DNA of 64,000 nucleotides from Dehalococcoidia bacterium (GCA_034421995.1 DAOUJY010000077.1:840-64839); one strand, 5' to 3'. Positions 8,677-17,626 are shown, counted from the stretch's first letter. Program-made: numbers and translations. The notes: generated from the sequence alone by a model not told the origin.

Positions 8677-8804
8677 TCTATTCTCGGCGTAGTTGTCAGA
8701 ATCAGGATTTCCAAGATTATAGGATTGGCAAGATTGGGAGCGTATCATCGCTTTATGGCCCCAATCCTGAAATCCAGTAAATCCTGATTCTGACGGAGAA
8801 TAGA
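8677..8804. repeat. Long imperfect palindrome built from GGATT/AATCC-periodic units (family D)
   Basis: The left arm is tctattctc..gtcagaatcaggatttccaagattataggattgg. The right arm is ccaatcctgaaatccagtaaatcctgattctgac..gagaataga. A half copy lies at 29505-29545. Confidence 0.8.
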
Positions 8805-8874
8805 TAGAAAGACCCTGCCGCGTGGCTGACCTGTTGATACGATTGGCTTTACGGCGAGCCAGAGAGGTATCGCA

Positions 8875-9225
8875 ATGATGGATGTCAGAGAATTGCATGA
8901 AGAATGGATGAAAGATCCGAAATATCGAGAGGCTTACGAGGCATCGGAGCCACAGTACGAACTCATCAGCGCCCTGCTCGACGCCCGCAGCCATGCCGGA
9001 ATTGACCAGGAAGAGCTGGCCAGGCGGATGGGCATTCATGTGTCGGCGGTCATACGTTTAGAAGGTTGGCGCAGCAACCCTTCCGTCAACACCTTGCGCC
9101 GGGTCGCCGAAGCTACTGGCACAAAGCTTAAGGTCAGCTTTGTGCCGGATCAGAAAATCCCAGATCCGTCTTCTGACGTAACGGAAATAGAAGCAAAGGG
9201 TCAACGGAAGGAACTCGCAACGTGA
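8875..9225 (+). CDS. XRE-family helix-turn-helix protein (HigA-like antitoxin fold)
   Basis: The HTH segment is LLDARSHAGIDQEELARRMGIHVSAVIRLEGWRSNPSVNTLRRVAEATG. Confidence 0.8.
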   Translation: MMDVRELHEEWMKDPKYREAYEASEPQYELISALLDARSHAGIDQEELARRMGIHVSAVIRLEGWRSNPSVNTLRRVAEATGTKLKVSFVPDQKIPDPSSDVTEIEAKGQRKELAT

Positions 9226-10706
9226 AAACATCGCTCATCGCTATTGCCGCCCTGATTTTGGTCATTGCCGTTGCCACCGTGCCGGCGCGAGCAGCCGTTG
9301 CGCAAAGCAGCGTCACAGTCACCCACCAGGGAGTGGAGAACCGATTTCCCGACGGGCTGCGGTTTTACATCGACGCTGAAAGCGCCAGTCCTATCGAAGA
9401 GGTCCGAGTGTACGTCCGCAAGCTGGGCCAATCCAGCCGCAGCGCCTATCGCGCGGTGGAGTTCGAGCCGGGCACGGCTATTTCCGGCGAAGCGCTGTTC
9501 CAAAGCCGGACCGCTAACGAGTACATCCCCACGGGGACACGCTTATCTTATTATTTCGACATTCGAACCGCGGACGGGAACGTTGTGGAAACCGAACCGG
9601 CGGTGATTGTCTATCTGAACCGGGGCCTGGATTGGGATTCGGTTTCAGAAGGTCTCATCAACGTGTACTACTACCACCACAACGACCAATCCGAGTCACG
9701 GGCCGATGCCGTGCTGGACGTGGCCGCCGATACCTACGACTTTATGAAGCCGATCCTGGGCGTCGAATTAACCGAGCCGATGAATATAGTGGTTTATTCG
9801 GACTACCGGGATATGAGGGCGGCGCTTCCGCCGGCTTCCCGAGTGGCGCAACAGCAGCTCAGAACCCTGGGACAGGCTCACACCAACGAGAGAACCCTGC
9901 TGGTGGACGGCTCCATGGACTTCTTCGCCGGCGACAATATTCTGACCACCGCCGCCCATGAGTTCACCCATCTGCTGGTCGCTGACGCCGCCGGCAGCGC
10001 CTATGGGCAAGTTCATACCTGGCTCAACGAAGGTCTGGCCGTTTATTCGGAGCGTGCGCCCGACAACGAATTCGAGCGATATATGCAGGCCGCCATCCGC
10101 AATGAACAAGTGCCGCCCCTGTCCAGCCTCCGCACCTACGCTGGCACGCCCACGGAGACGCTGCGCAATTACGGGCAGGGCCACGCCGTGGTGACCTATA
10201 TGCTGGAAACCTTTGGCCCGGAGAAAATGGTGGAGCTCTTTGAAGAGCTTCGCTCCATTCACAATTTCGAGAAAGCACTGCACGCGGCCTATGGATTGAC
10301 CGTACCCGAGCTGGACAACCGGTGGCGTGAAAGCGTGGACCTATCCCCGAGAGACCTGTCCACTCCGCCGCTGCCGCCCTTGCAGGTGCTGCCGACCCGG
10401 CGACACGCGCCGACGCCAATGGCTCCGACGCCCGAGGCAACGCAGCCGTCAACTCCGGCGCCGGCTCCCACCGCGACACCAGCGCCAACGTACACTCCGA
10501 AACCGACGCCCGCCGGCCCTTCGGGGCCGAGATCCGGGGGTGGTCCGGTTGGCCCGTCCGGTGAGCAAACCCGTTCCTCCGGTGGCTGTGGGGCCGCGCC
10601 GGTTCGTGAAGGCAAAGCGACGCCGGAAATGGCGTCGCTCGCTACCCTGGCATTCCCGGTGGGGCTGCTGGCGTTGGCGGCGATCCGAAGGCGGCGCGGC
10701 GAATAA
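9222..10706 (+). CDS. Secreted MA-clan zinc metallopeptidase with a Pro/Thr-rich linker and a C-terminal sorting-signal-like tail
   Basis: It has a signal peptide (MKTSLIAIAALILVIAVATVPARA). The zinc site is HEFTH plus NEGLAVYSE. The tail is a PT-rich stretch followed by TPEMASLATLAFPVGLLALAAIRRRRGE. The GTG start overlaps the XRE stop (GTGA). Confidence 0.75.
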   Translation: MKTSLIAIAALILVIAVATVPARAAVAQSSVTVTHQGVENRFPDGLRFYIDAESASPIEEVRVYVRKLGQSSRSAYRAVEFEPGTAISGEALFQSRTANEYIPTGTRLSYYFDIRTADGNVVETEPAVIVYLNRGLDWDSVSEGLINVYYYHHNDQSESRADAVLDVAADTYDFMKPILGVELTEPMNIVVYSDYRDMRAALPPASRVAQQQLRTLGQAHTNERTLLVDGSMDFFAGDNILTTAAHEFTHLLVADAAGSAYGQVHTWLNEGLAVYSERAPDNEFERYMQAAIRNEQVPPLSSLRTYAGTPTETLRNYGQGHAVVTYMLETFGPEKMVELFEELRSIHNFEKALHAAYGLTVPELDNRWRESVDLSPRDLSTPPLPPLQVLPTRRHAPTPMAPTPEATQPSTPAPAPTATPAPTYTPKPTPAGPSGPRSGGGPVGPSGEQTRSSGGCGAAPVREGKATPEMASLATLAFPVGLLALAAIRRRRGE

Positions 10707-10711
10707 ATAGC

Positions 10712-12172
10712 CTAAAACCGGGTTCTCAGCTCATCAAGCCCGATTGCCGTCTCCCGGCGCAGACCGTCGGTCACGATCCGCTGCTCGTGGAGGCCCTTGA
10801 AAGCATCCACGGTGAACGGCTGCCAGGTGTAACGGAGGGTGCGCATGGCGGTCTCTTCCCGCTCGGCCGCTTCCACCATCAGGGTGTACATGGGCAGCAG
10901 GAATCCCGTTTGCGGCAGGGCTCGCACATCCCTGGTAAGGCTGCTCATGCGCAGGCTGAATTGGTCCAGTTCGCCTATCACATCGGCCCGGTCGCAACCG
11001 CCTTCGCTTTCTCGCCAAGCGTTGTAGTCGTCGTGAAAATCATCCCACGCGGAACGCAGCCGCCGGTGCTCGGAGTTGAACGTCGCCAGCTCTCCCAGGC
11101 TCTCTTCGACGTCCAAATCGGCGATGCTCCGCACGGCGCGTGCGGCCTGTTTCAGGGCCGTTGCGCTTTTCTCCACGCTTGCGTCCACTTTGGTAAAGCT
11201 GGGGAGTTTCAGGGACGCTGCGGCCTCTTCTGTCTTAGCGCTGGCCGCTTTGGTAGGGGCGGGGGTGGGCTTTTTTTCATCCTCGCCGCTTGAAGTCTCC
11301 TCGGCATCGGTATTGGCGACGCTCGTTTTGGTGGCGCTGCTTTTGACGGGTTTCGCGGCGGTTCTCAGCTCCTTTCTCTCGGCTTTGGCCGCGCTCAGCA
11401 AATCGTCCACCGTCTTTTCCGTGCCGGCCAGGTGGGGCAATTCATCCAGGGCGTCGATTACCGCGTTCAACTTCTTGATGAGTTCGTCCAGCCCGTCCAG
11501 CACCTCCTGGACTTCCATGCTCTCCGCCTCTTCCCGCAGTTCCGTGTACTCGTCGTGAAGGTTTTGCCAGTCGTTTTTGACTTTGTCGAAGGCCAGGGAA
11601 AACTCCTCAACCGTTTCGGGGTCGGGAGAATCCTCGAAGGTTTCTCTTAGCTCAATAGCCCGGTCCTGGGCTTTGCTGTGCGCCTGGGCCGCTTGGGCGC
11701 GTTGGGTTTCGACCGCCTCGAGCAGCGCGACGTTGTTGGGCTGCCAGCGATCCCGGAGCTGCCGGTACGCCGCCTCTTCCTCTTGCGCGGCCGCTATCAG
11801 AATATCGGCCAATTCCCCGGTCGTCTGGGTCCGGGTCAGATTGCGAGCCTGCTGAGTAACGTCGTTAAACTCGATGGCGAAACCGTTGAGCGCCTGGTGC
11901 ATGGAGCTGGGGAGGCAGGCCGTCAGCCCGGCGCTCCATTGGTCGAACTCTTCACGAATCTGGCCCCATTCTTCATCCAGAGCGATGCGTTGGCTGGCGA
12001 ATTCATCGACGGCGGCCAACGCATCGGCCGGCAGGGCGGTGGGCGCAACCGCCAGTGGCGGTTGCGCCGCTGTCTCTGTCGCCGGCGCAGCGCCGGGTTG
12101 CGCGCACGCCGCCAGGGACAACAACCCCAGCGCCAGGGTGGCCAGGATCCAGCACGCGTATCGTATCTTCAT
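10712..12172 (-). CDS. Coiled-coil lipoprotein, hypothetical
   Basis: It has a signal peptide with a lipobox (LLSLAAC). The rest is a long, helical, Glu/Ala-rich sequence. Confidence 0.6.
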   Translation of the reverse strand: MKIRYACWILATLALGLLSLAACAQPGAAPATETAAQPPLAVAPTALPADALAAVDEFASQRIALDEEWGQIREEFDQWSAGLTACLPSSMHQALNGFAIEFNDVTQQARNLTRTQTTGELADILIAAAQEEEAAYRQLRDRWQPNNVALLEAVETQRAQAAQAHSKAQDRAIELRETFEDSPDPETVEEFSLAFDKVKNDWQNLHDEYTELREEAESMEVQEVLDGLDELIKKLNAVIDALDELPHLAGTEKTVDDLLSAAKAERKELRTAAKPVKSSATKTSVANTDAEETSSGEDEKKPTPAPTKAASAKTEEAAASLKLPSFTKVDASVEKSATALKQAARAVRSIADLDVEESLGELATFNSEHRRLRSAWDDFHDDYNAWRESEGGCDRADVIGELDQFSLRMSSLTRDVRALPQTGFLLPMYTLMVEAAEREETAMRTLRYTWQPFTVDAFKGLHEQRIVTDGLRRETAIGLDELRTRF

Positions 12173-13485
12173 GGACTATTGTTCACTCCCGCGAACTCGC
12201 TCACCAGATCGTTTCTGAAGTCGCCTTCCAAAAGCCGCTCTACCGCTTTTTCCATGACTTCAGCAGTTTCGGACAGAATAATCAGAACGTAGCGTTCCTG
12301 TTCCCGCGCCAATATGGTTATCGAGGTATCCTTCAGCTCCAGGTCCGGGACAAAGCGCGCGGTCAACACTTCGCCGACACTCACCCCGGCGCCCTGCAAG
12401 TATCGGCTCACCAACGGAGCGTCCTCATGCAGCCCCAGGAATACCGTGTTGCGGCTCACGTCCTCCACACCGCTGATGTTTGCGGTGACACCGAGGCTCG
12501 CCAACCCGTTCTTCACCTGCGTGCCGCTGGTCAGCAGTTCGGACCGCGCCGGCAGGACGTCCACAGTGTTGTCCGGGCCGCTTTGGAAGAAATGGGGAAA
12601 GTCCGCCAGATCAAAAACCCGATCGCTCTCCGTAAGGTACCGCGCGATGTTGCTCAGCAAACGGTCATTGTCCAACGCGGCGTTTTGGGGCGGTACCATG
12701 AACGTGAAGTCCCCCAATGCCAGCACGTTGCGGGTGTCGCCGAAAGCCATTGGCGAAAGATCGCCGTCGTGCTGCAGCAACGATGATCGGGTGTTTTCGT
12801 CAGCAAACGCCAGTCCCGGGCCCGAGGAACGGATGGAGCCGGCCGAATAAAGGGCCACCTCGTTCACGCCGACCGTGATCTCGCCCGGTTGGAAATCTTT
12901 CACGAAAATGTTCTGGAAGTTGATGTCGTTTTCAAACTGGTTGTACAGATAATCGGGTTGGAAGTTCACCCCGAACCGCACCGCCAACGTGTTATTGGCC
13001 GGGGTCAGCCCGGGATCGGAGATGAGCAGCAGCTTGCCGCCTTTCCTGACGAAATTTTCCACCAGGGTAGCCTCCGCCGCCGTGTAATCCACTCGAGGAA
13101 GGATCACCGCAAAACTATCGGCTACGCGCAGTTTTTCTTCGAGCAGCGGGAGCCGGTCCTCTTCTTTCACGTTCCCGAACCCGCCGAGGAACTCAACGTC
13201 GAATCCCAGATCGGCCACCTTGGAACGCAACGCCGAGACGTGGTTCGGCGTGAACGCGTTCCGGTGCAGCGCATCGATCAGGAACAGACCGGAATCGCGA
13301 TGGTCCACCGGGGATTCCCACACCGTGTTGCCCGGCACCACGGGGGGGCTCTGCTCCGGTAATTCGGCCTGGATCGGAGCCGGCGGCTCGTATCCGCCCC
13401 GGTAAAAAGTCAATGCGCCGACGCCGAATGCAATACCGGCAAAGGCCAGCAGGAGGAACAACGCCCCCAACAGTTTAGTAGTCAT
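12169..13485 (-). CDS. Membrane-anchored hypothetical protein, DUF4350/GldG-like
   Basis: It has an N-terminal TM helix. The segment FVRKGGKLLLISDPG resembles DUF4350. It has a 4-nt overlap with the downstream gene and an 11-nt overlap with sppA. Confidence 0.45.
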   Translation of the reverse strand: MTTKLLGALFLLLAFAGIAFGVGALTFYRGGYEPPAPIQAELPEQSPPVVPGNTVWESPVDHRDSGLFLIDALHRNAFTPNHVSALRSKVADLGFDVEFLGGFGNVKEEDRLPLLEEKLRVADSFAVILPRVDYTAAEATLVENFVRKGGKLLLISDPGLTPANNTLAVRFGVNFQPDYLYNQFENDINFQNIFVKDFQPGEITVGVNEVALYSAGSIRSSGPGLAFADENTRSSLLQHDGDLSPMAFGDTRNVLALGDFTFMVPPQNAALDNDRLLSNIARYLTESDRVFDLADFPHFFQSGPDNTVDVLPARSELLTSGTQVKNGLASLGVTANISGVEDVSRNTVFLGLHEDAPLVSRYLQGAGVSVGEVLTARFVPDLELKDTSITILAREQERYVLIILSETAEVMEKAVERLLEGDFRNDLVSEFAGVNNSP

Positions 13486-14539
13486 TTCCCACGTACAGGT
13501 AATAGATGTTCGGATTACCTATTTCCAGCGGGAAGTCCGGTAACGGGTCTTCTTGTGTCGCTTCGAGACCATTGATCAGCATGAATTTGCCCATCTGCCC
13601 GTTCAGCTCGGAGTCACCCTGGACCTGGACCGGTTCGGCTGGCGACACGTTGGCAGCGCCGGAACTCTCCTGCATCATCAGTTGCCATGAGGCATAAGCC
13701 GGGTCGTGAAAAATGCCGTCGTACTCGGATGCAAATATCCGGCGCGACCGGAGTATGAACTGCCGCAGCACTTCTGCATTGACGTCCACGATTCCGTAGT
13801 TGGAGATGCCGGCCAGTTCCGCCGCTTTCTCCATGGCTTCGGCACGGCCGCCGAGTTCGTCCACCAACCCGAACCGCACCGCGTCAACGCCGGCGTAAAG
13901 CCTCCCCTCGGTCAACTCCTCCTCCGTAATCTTGAGGCGGTCTCCCCGCTCTCGCATCACCATCTGGGCGAATCCGTCCTTCAGTTCGTCAACCAACCCG
14001 ATCCAGTCCCTTCGGGATGCTCCCGTCAGCTTGTAAGGGCCGGTGGTTACGATCACCTCCGGCAACGGACGCGGGATCAGCGACCCGGCAAGGGCGACTA
14101 CCCCTACGTTTCCGACCAAAGACGCCGATTGAGCATAGGTGTGGTTTGCCCCCATGGCCATCATGTAGCCGCCGCTGGCCACCATGCCGTCCATGGCGAT
14201 GACCACGGGCTTTTCCTCACGAAGTTTCCGGGTGGCAAAGTACAGTCGTTCGCTGGACGCTGCCCCTCCGCCCGGGCTGGACATCTTGATTACCACCGCC
14301 TTGATGGAGTCGTCTTCCCGGGCGTATTTGAGGAACTCGCCGATGATGAACTCGGAATCATCGGTGATCACGATGAAGGGAAGATCGATATAGCCAATCT
14401 TCGGCTTCCCCGGATAGGCGTAAAACAACGCCAACACGCCAATGACCAACCCCAAAGCGACGGCGACCGGCGCAATGAAGTACCAACTGGCAGCGACCCT
14501 TCCAAAGGCTGCCCCGAGGGCTAAAAATCTGTTCACCAT
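13475..14539 (-). CDS. sppA: Signal peptide peptidase SppA (S49 family, 36K type)
   Basis: Family segments are VIKMSSPGGGAASSERLY and DGMVASGGYMMAM. The start is uncertain: ATG 14539 (MVNRF) or upstream at 14587. Confidence 0.8.
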   Translation of the reverse strand: MVNRFLALGAAFGRVAASWYFIAPVAVALGLVIGVLALFYAYPGKPKIGYIDLPFIVITDDSEFIIGEFLKYAREDDSIKAVVIKMSSPGGGAASSERLYFATRKLREEKPVVIAMDGMVASGGYMMAMGANHTYAQSASLVGNVGVVALAGSLIPRPLPEVIVTTGPYKLTGASRRDWIGLVDELKDGFAQMVMRERGDRLKITEEELTEGRLYAGVDAVRFGLVDELGGRAEAMEKAAELAGISNYGIVDVNAEVLRQFILRSRRIFASEYDGIFHDPAYASWQLMMQESSGAANVSPAEPVQVQGDSELNGQMGKFMLINGLEATQEDPLPDFPLEIGNPNIYYLYVGNDY

Positions 14540-14682
14540 CCACCTGCGGCCGCTTACGGAGCGCACGGCCCCTGATCTCAGCAGCAATTGCTATTTGTGT
14601 ACGACGTACCGAGAAAATCGGATTTATGATTTTTGAAGGCGAATCATCGTAACACAAAGGTCGCCCAATCGGCGCTCGGCGA

Positions 14683-15540
14683 CTACGCGTCCGCCTCCGG
14701 CGACCAGTTGTAGATCCGCGCCAGGGTCCCGCCCATCAGCGTGGCCCGGTCCGAATCGGAGAGCCAGTCAGAAACGCGGAATGCCTCCACCCCTTGTTCG
14801 TAGTTCAGCAAGTTGACCGCTCGCGTCCAGTCAGTTCCCCAAAGGCAACGCTCCAGGCCGTAGGCGTCGAATATTCTTCCCAGGGGTTCCCTGATGTCGG
14901 GGTACGGGAACCCCGCGTGGGACAATGTGCCGGCGCCGGAAATCTTGATGGCTACGTTGTCCAGTTCCGCCAGTGACAACACGTTGGGCAGGTCAGCGAA
15001 GGGTTCCGCCGGCGGTGGCGGGTCGAAGGGCTGCGCCAGCCCAACGTGGTCGATGATGATCTGCGTATCAGAATTTTGTCGGGCCAGTTCCCGCAGCAGG
15101 GGCAGCTTCCCGGCCGACATGACGTTAACGGGCACGCCAGCGCGCCCACCGGCGGCCAGGATGCCGTTCAGCCCCGGGTGGTCAGCCTCGTAGTCCAGGT
15201 TGGCGAGCATGATCCGCGCGCCCACCACGCCCGGCGTGGATGTCCATTCCTCCATGTCCGCGTCGATGGTCTCAGAGTTGGGATCGAAAGGTCGGACCAG
15301 TCCGAACTTGGTGGGGTGCCTGGCATACACCTCCAGGGCGTAACTGGCGTCGTAGCCATAGAGCGAGAACGGCGAAATGAGAACCGCTCCGTCCACACCC
15401 ACGGCGGCCATCGCCGCAATCATGTCGTCGCCGGTGACTTCGTCCGGTCCGGTGAGGAACCCGACCCACGGGCGTTCGGGGCGATTTCGCTCGTAAGCGT
15501 GTACTTGACAATCAATGGTGAGAGCCCGGTCCGCCATCAT
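14683..15540 (-). CDS. Amidohydrolase-2 family metal-dependent hydrolase
   Basis: The motifs IDCQVHAY, IIIDHVG and CLWGTDW match this family. AGGAG precedes ATG 15540. Confidence 0.7.
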   Translation of the reverse strand: MMADRALTIDCQVHAYERNRPERPWVGFLTGPDEVTGDDMIAAMAAVGVDGAVLISPFSLYGYDASYALEVYARHPTKFGLVRPFDPNSETIDADMEEWTSTPGVVGARIMLANLDYEADHPGLNGILAAGGRAGVPVNVMSAGKLPLLRELARQNSDTQIIIDHVGLAQPFDPPPPAEPFADLPNVLSLAELDNVAIKISGAGTLSHAGFPYPDIREPLGRIFDAYGLERCLWGTDWTRAVNLLNYEQGVEAFRVSDWLSDSDRATLMGGTLARIYNWSPEADA

Positions 15541-15634
15541 CTTTCTCCTTTGCAGTTAATCGGGACAGCCTGTCGGCAACTAGGGAGATGATACCAGATG
15601 AGGCGAGGGCAGGGCGGAGTCAGCGCTTTTGCCA

Positions 15635-16174
15635 TCACCGGGCGGCCGGGGCCAGCGTCGCCGCGGCGACTTCGCGCAAATCCGGCCCGTTCAGCTTTCG
15701 GCCCTGCACCCCCATCAGGCGCAGGATGCGGCCGTCCTTGGTGATGCGGATGCGGTCCAGAGCGTCCTGCCAGGGAGCCAGATAGTCGCAGGTGCCGTCG
15801 CCGTTGGGATCGTCGCCACCCTCCAGGCTCTCCCCGCTGGGCAGGCGCACCGCGATGACTGCGGACGGGTCGGCGGCCGGCGCCAGCATCATCACCGGCA
15901 GGTCGTCTTCCGATAGGCCGGTCTGTTCCAGCAGCCCTTTCACGGTGGTGGAGACGCCGTGCATCCCGAAGATGACCAGGTGAGCGAAGCTGGCGTCGCG
16001 CTGCTCGAACTCGGCGCGGTAGCGGCGGAAGATTTCGTGGGCGCCAGTGGCCTGCGGTTTCACCAGGAACAGGGCCATGGCCGGGAAACCGTCAGCGTCG
16101 ATGGCGGTATCCCGTAAATTGCTGCTCCATCGCAGCAGCTTGTCGTGGTCGTGTTCGTCATAGTGGTGGGACAT
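15635..16174 (-). CDS. Hypothetical protein
   Basis: ATG 16174 lies 10 nt after a GGAGG that sits in the end of the upstream gene. I recognise no family. Confidence 0.5.
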   Translation of the reverse strand: MSHHYDEHDHDKLLRWSSNLRDTAIDADGFPAMALFLVKPQATGAHEIFRRYRAEFEQRDASFAHLVIFGMHGVSTTVKGLLEQTGLSEDDLPVMMLAPAADPSAVIAVRLPSGESLEGGDDPNGDGTCDYLAPWQDALDRIRITKDGRILRLMGVQGRKLNGPDLREVAAATLAPAAR

Positions 16175-16180
16175 GTTCAA

Positions 16181-16648
16181 TCAGCCTCCCTGGTGCGCTT
16201 CCAACAGCTTTTGCAGATCCAGCTTTTTCATGGGCAACATCACTTCCATGACCCGGTTGGCATTGGGGCCGCTCATCAGCCAAGAGGGGAGAGCGGTTGG
16301 TATGATCTGCCAGGTGACGCCGAAACGATCCTTGAGCCATCCGCATTGGATCTCGGTTCCGTCGTCGGTGAGATTATCCCACAGATGGTCGATCTCGTCC
16401 TGGGAATCGCATGAGACCATGAAGGATATGGCTTCGGTGAACTCGATGGCGGGAATGCCATCGAAGGCGACGAATTGCACGCCGTCCAACTCAAAAGCCA
16501 CGGTGGAACTGCCCTCGGCCGGCCCTTCCCCGAAAGTATCGCTGGATACGATCCTGGAGTTGTCGAAGACGGACACGTAGAACTCGGCGGCTTCACGGGC
16601 GATGCCGTCGAGCCACAGGAACGGGGTGATTTTTTGCACTGCGGGCAT
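16181..16648 (-). CDS. VOC-fold protein, PhnB-like (3-demethylubiquinone-9 3-methyltransferase domain family)
   Basis: The true start is ATG 16648 (MPAVQKITPFLWLDG). The motif CGWLKDRFGVTWQIIP is diagnostic. The N-terminal 50 codons of the listed ORF are spurious. Confidence 0.8.
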   Translation of the reverse strand: MPAVQKITPFLWLDGIAREAAEFYVSVFDNSRIVSSDTFGEGPAEGSSTVAFELDGVQFVAFDGIPAIEFTEAISFMVSCDSQDEIDHLWDNLTDDGTEIQCGWLKDRFGVTWQIIPTALPSWLMSGPNANRVMEVMLPMKKLDLQKLLEAHQGG

Positions 16649-16661
16649 ACATAAGCCTCTG

Positions 16662-17117
16662 CTAACCGCCGGCGTCGAACTGGACGAGGATGCCGTCCGG
16701 ATCGTACACGTAAAAGCTGCCGACGCGGCCCTCGGAGTTGGTCCAAACGTCCATGGGCGCGGCCAGTTCCACGCCCTGAGCAGCAAGGTTTTCGGCAAGA
16801 GCTTTGGGATCCGACACGCTGAACGAAATGTGGCTGATGCCCACCTGGTCCAGTTTGATGGGTGTTCCGTCCGGGTCCTCGCCGGGATGGGAGGTCATGG
16901 TCAGCGTGGGCTTTGCGCCGTCCGCGTAGGCCAGCCGCACCTGCCGGCGCGTTGCGCGGTTGTGAGCATACACGTGGGGCAGGCCGCCGGTGGTGGTGTC
17001 CTGGATAACGTCGCTGACGATGGACATACCCAGTTGGCCGCAATAGAACTGGAGGGAAACATCCAGGTCGCGCACGCAGATAGCGATGTGCGAGACGCCG
17101 GTTGAGTTCATGGGCAT
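16662..17117 (-). CDS. Glyoxalase/bleomycin-resistance/dioxygenase (VOC) family protein
   Basis: Family segments are GVSHIAICVRDLDVSLQFY and GISHISFSV. AAGGAG lies upstream of ATG 17117. Confidence 0.8.
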   Translation of the reverse strand: MPMNSTGVSHIAICVRDLDVSLQFYCGQLGMSIVSDVIQDTTTGGLPHVYAHNRATRRQVRLAYADGAKPTLTMTSHPGEDPDGTPIKLDQVGISHISFSVSDPKALAENLAAQGVELAAPMDVWTNSEGRVGSFYVYDPDGILVQFDAGG

Positions 17118-17164
17118 GATGGTTGCTCCTTGCCTGGCCAGGCCGTAAATGCTGCGGTCTCGAA

Positions 17165-17626
17165 TTAGCTGGATTGTTCGGGTTCGTCCGGCGGTGGACG
17201 GTCGGCCTCGCCCGGCGGCGGCACCTCCGGTGGTTTGCCCTGGACGGCGTCTTCGTACCCCCGGCGATAGCCTTGCGCGATCCCTTCCGCCATCCCTTCA
17301 GCAATTGCCTCGGCGCGGATGCGCTGCCGGCGTCGTTCATTGGCCTCCCTGATCCAGTCTCCGATTGGCATTGCTATCTCCTTCATCTGCAACAGCGACC
17401 AGGCAACGAACCCGGCGGCGACAAAACTGGCTCCAATCGCCAGCAGTATGCTGAACGCCACCGCGTCCGGCGTATCGTGGTCGGCACGATAGCGCAAAGT
17501 CAACCATACCAAAGTGGCTGAGCTGCCGGTTCCGCCCAGAAGGGTCATCAGTTGAAACCATCGCCGATCCTTCCGGTTGATTCCCCAGATGGTCTCGCGG
17601 TCGGCTCTGCGGTCGTCCTGGTTCAT
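17165..17626 (-). CDS. Small two-TM membrane protein with a charged Pro-rich tail, hypothetical
   Basis: It has two hydrophobic segments followed by ANERRRQRIRAEAIAEG...PPEVPPPGEADRPPPDEPE. The start is either 17626 or 17659. Confidence 0.5.
   Translation of the reverse strand: MNQDDRRADRETIWGINRKDRRWFQLMTLLGGTGSSATLVWLTLRYRADHDTPDAVAFSILLAIGASFVAAGFVAWSLLQMKEIAMPIGDWIREANERRRQRIRAEAIAEGMAEGIAQGYRRGYEDAVQGKPPEVPPPGEADRPPPDEPEQSS

Noticed and set aside
8350-9039. ORFs cover repeat-containing intergenic regions: 8350..9039, 30468..30887, 32337..32582, 32395..32685 and 59548..59745. Their peptides include SCQSYNLGNPDSDN, SFRRKPESS and HCERSVAIS.
   Set aside because: They are translations of the palindromic repeat families A and D. 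The same peptides arise wherever the repeats occur, in both orientations.
8875-10706. The XRE plus HExxH-peptidase pair could be an ImmA/IrrE-type prophage or ICE regulatory switch.
   Set aside because: The peptidase has a signal peptide, a long PT-rich linker and a membrane-anchor tail, so it is exported rather than cytoplasmic. No phage or ICE genes are nearby.
14657-14682. A hairpin gtcgcc-N12-ggcgac after the amidohydrolase stop is a possible intrinsic terminator.
   Set aside because: The stem is only 6 bp with a 12-nt loop and a weak T-tract. That is too marginal to report as a feature.
16649-16798. The listed ORFs carry N-terminal extensions: 16181..16798, 31826..32287, 29631..29690, 45235..45528, 46218..46487, 30901..31743 and 26935..27087.
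   Set aside because: The extensions overlap upstream genes or translate REP-like repeats. Internal starts have ribosome-binding sites and coincide with the N-termini expected for the recognised families.
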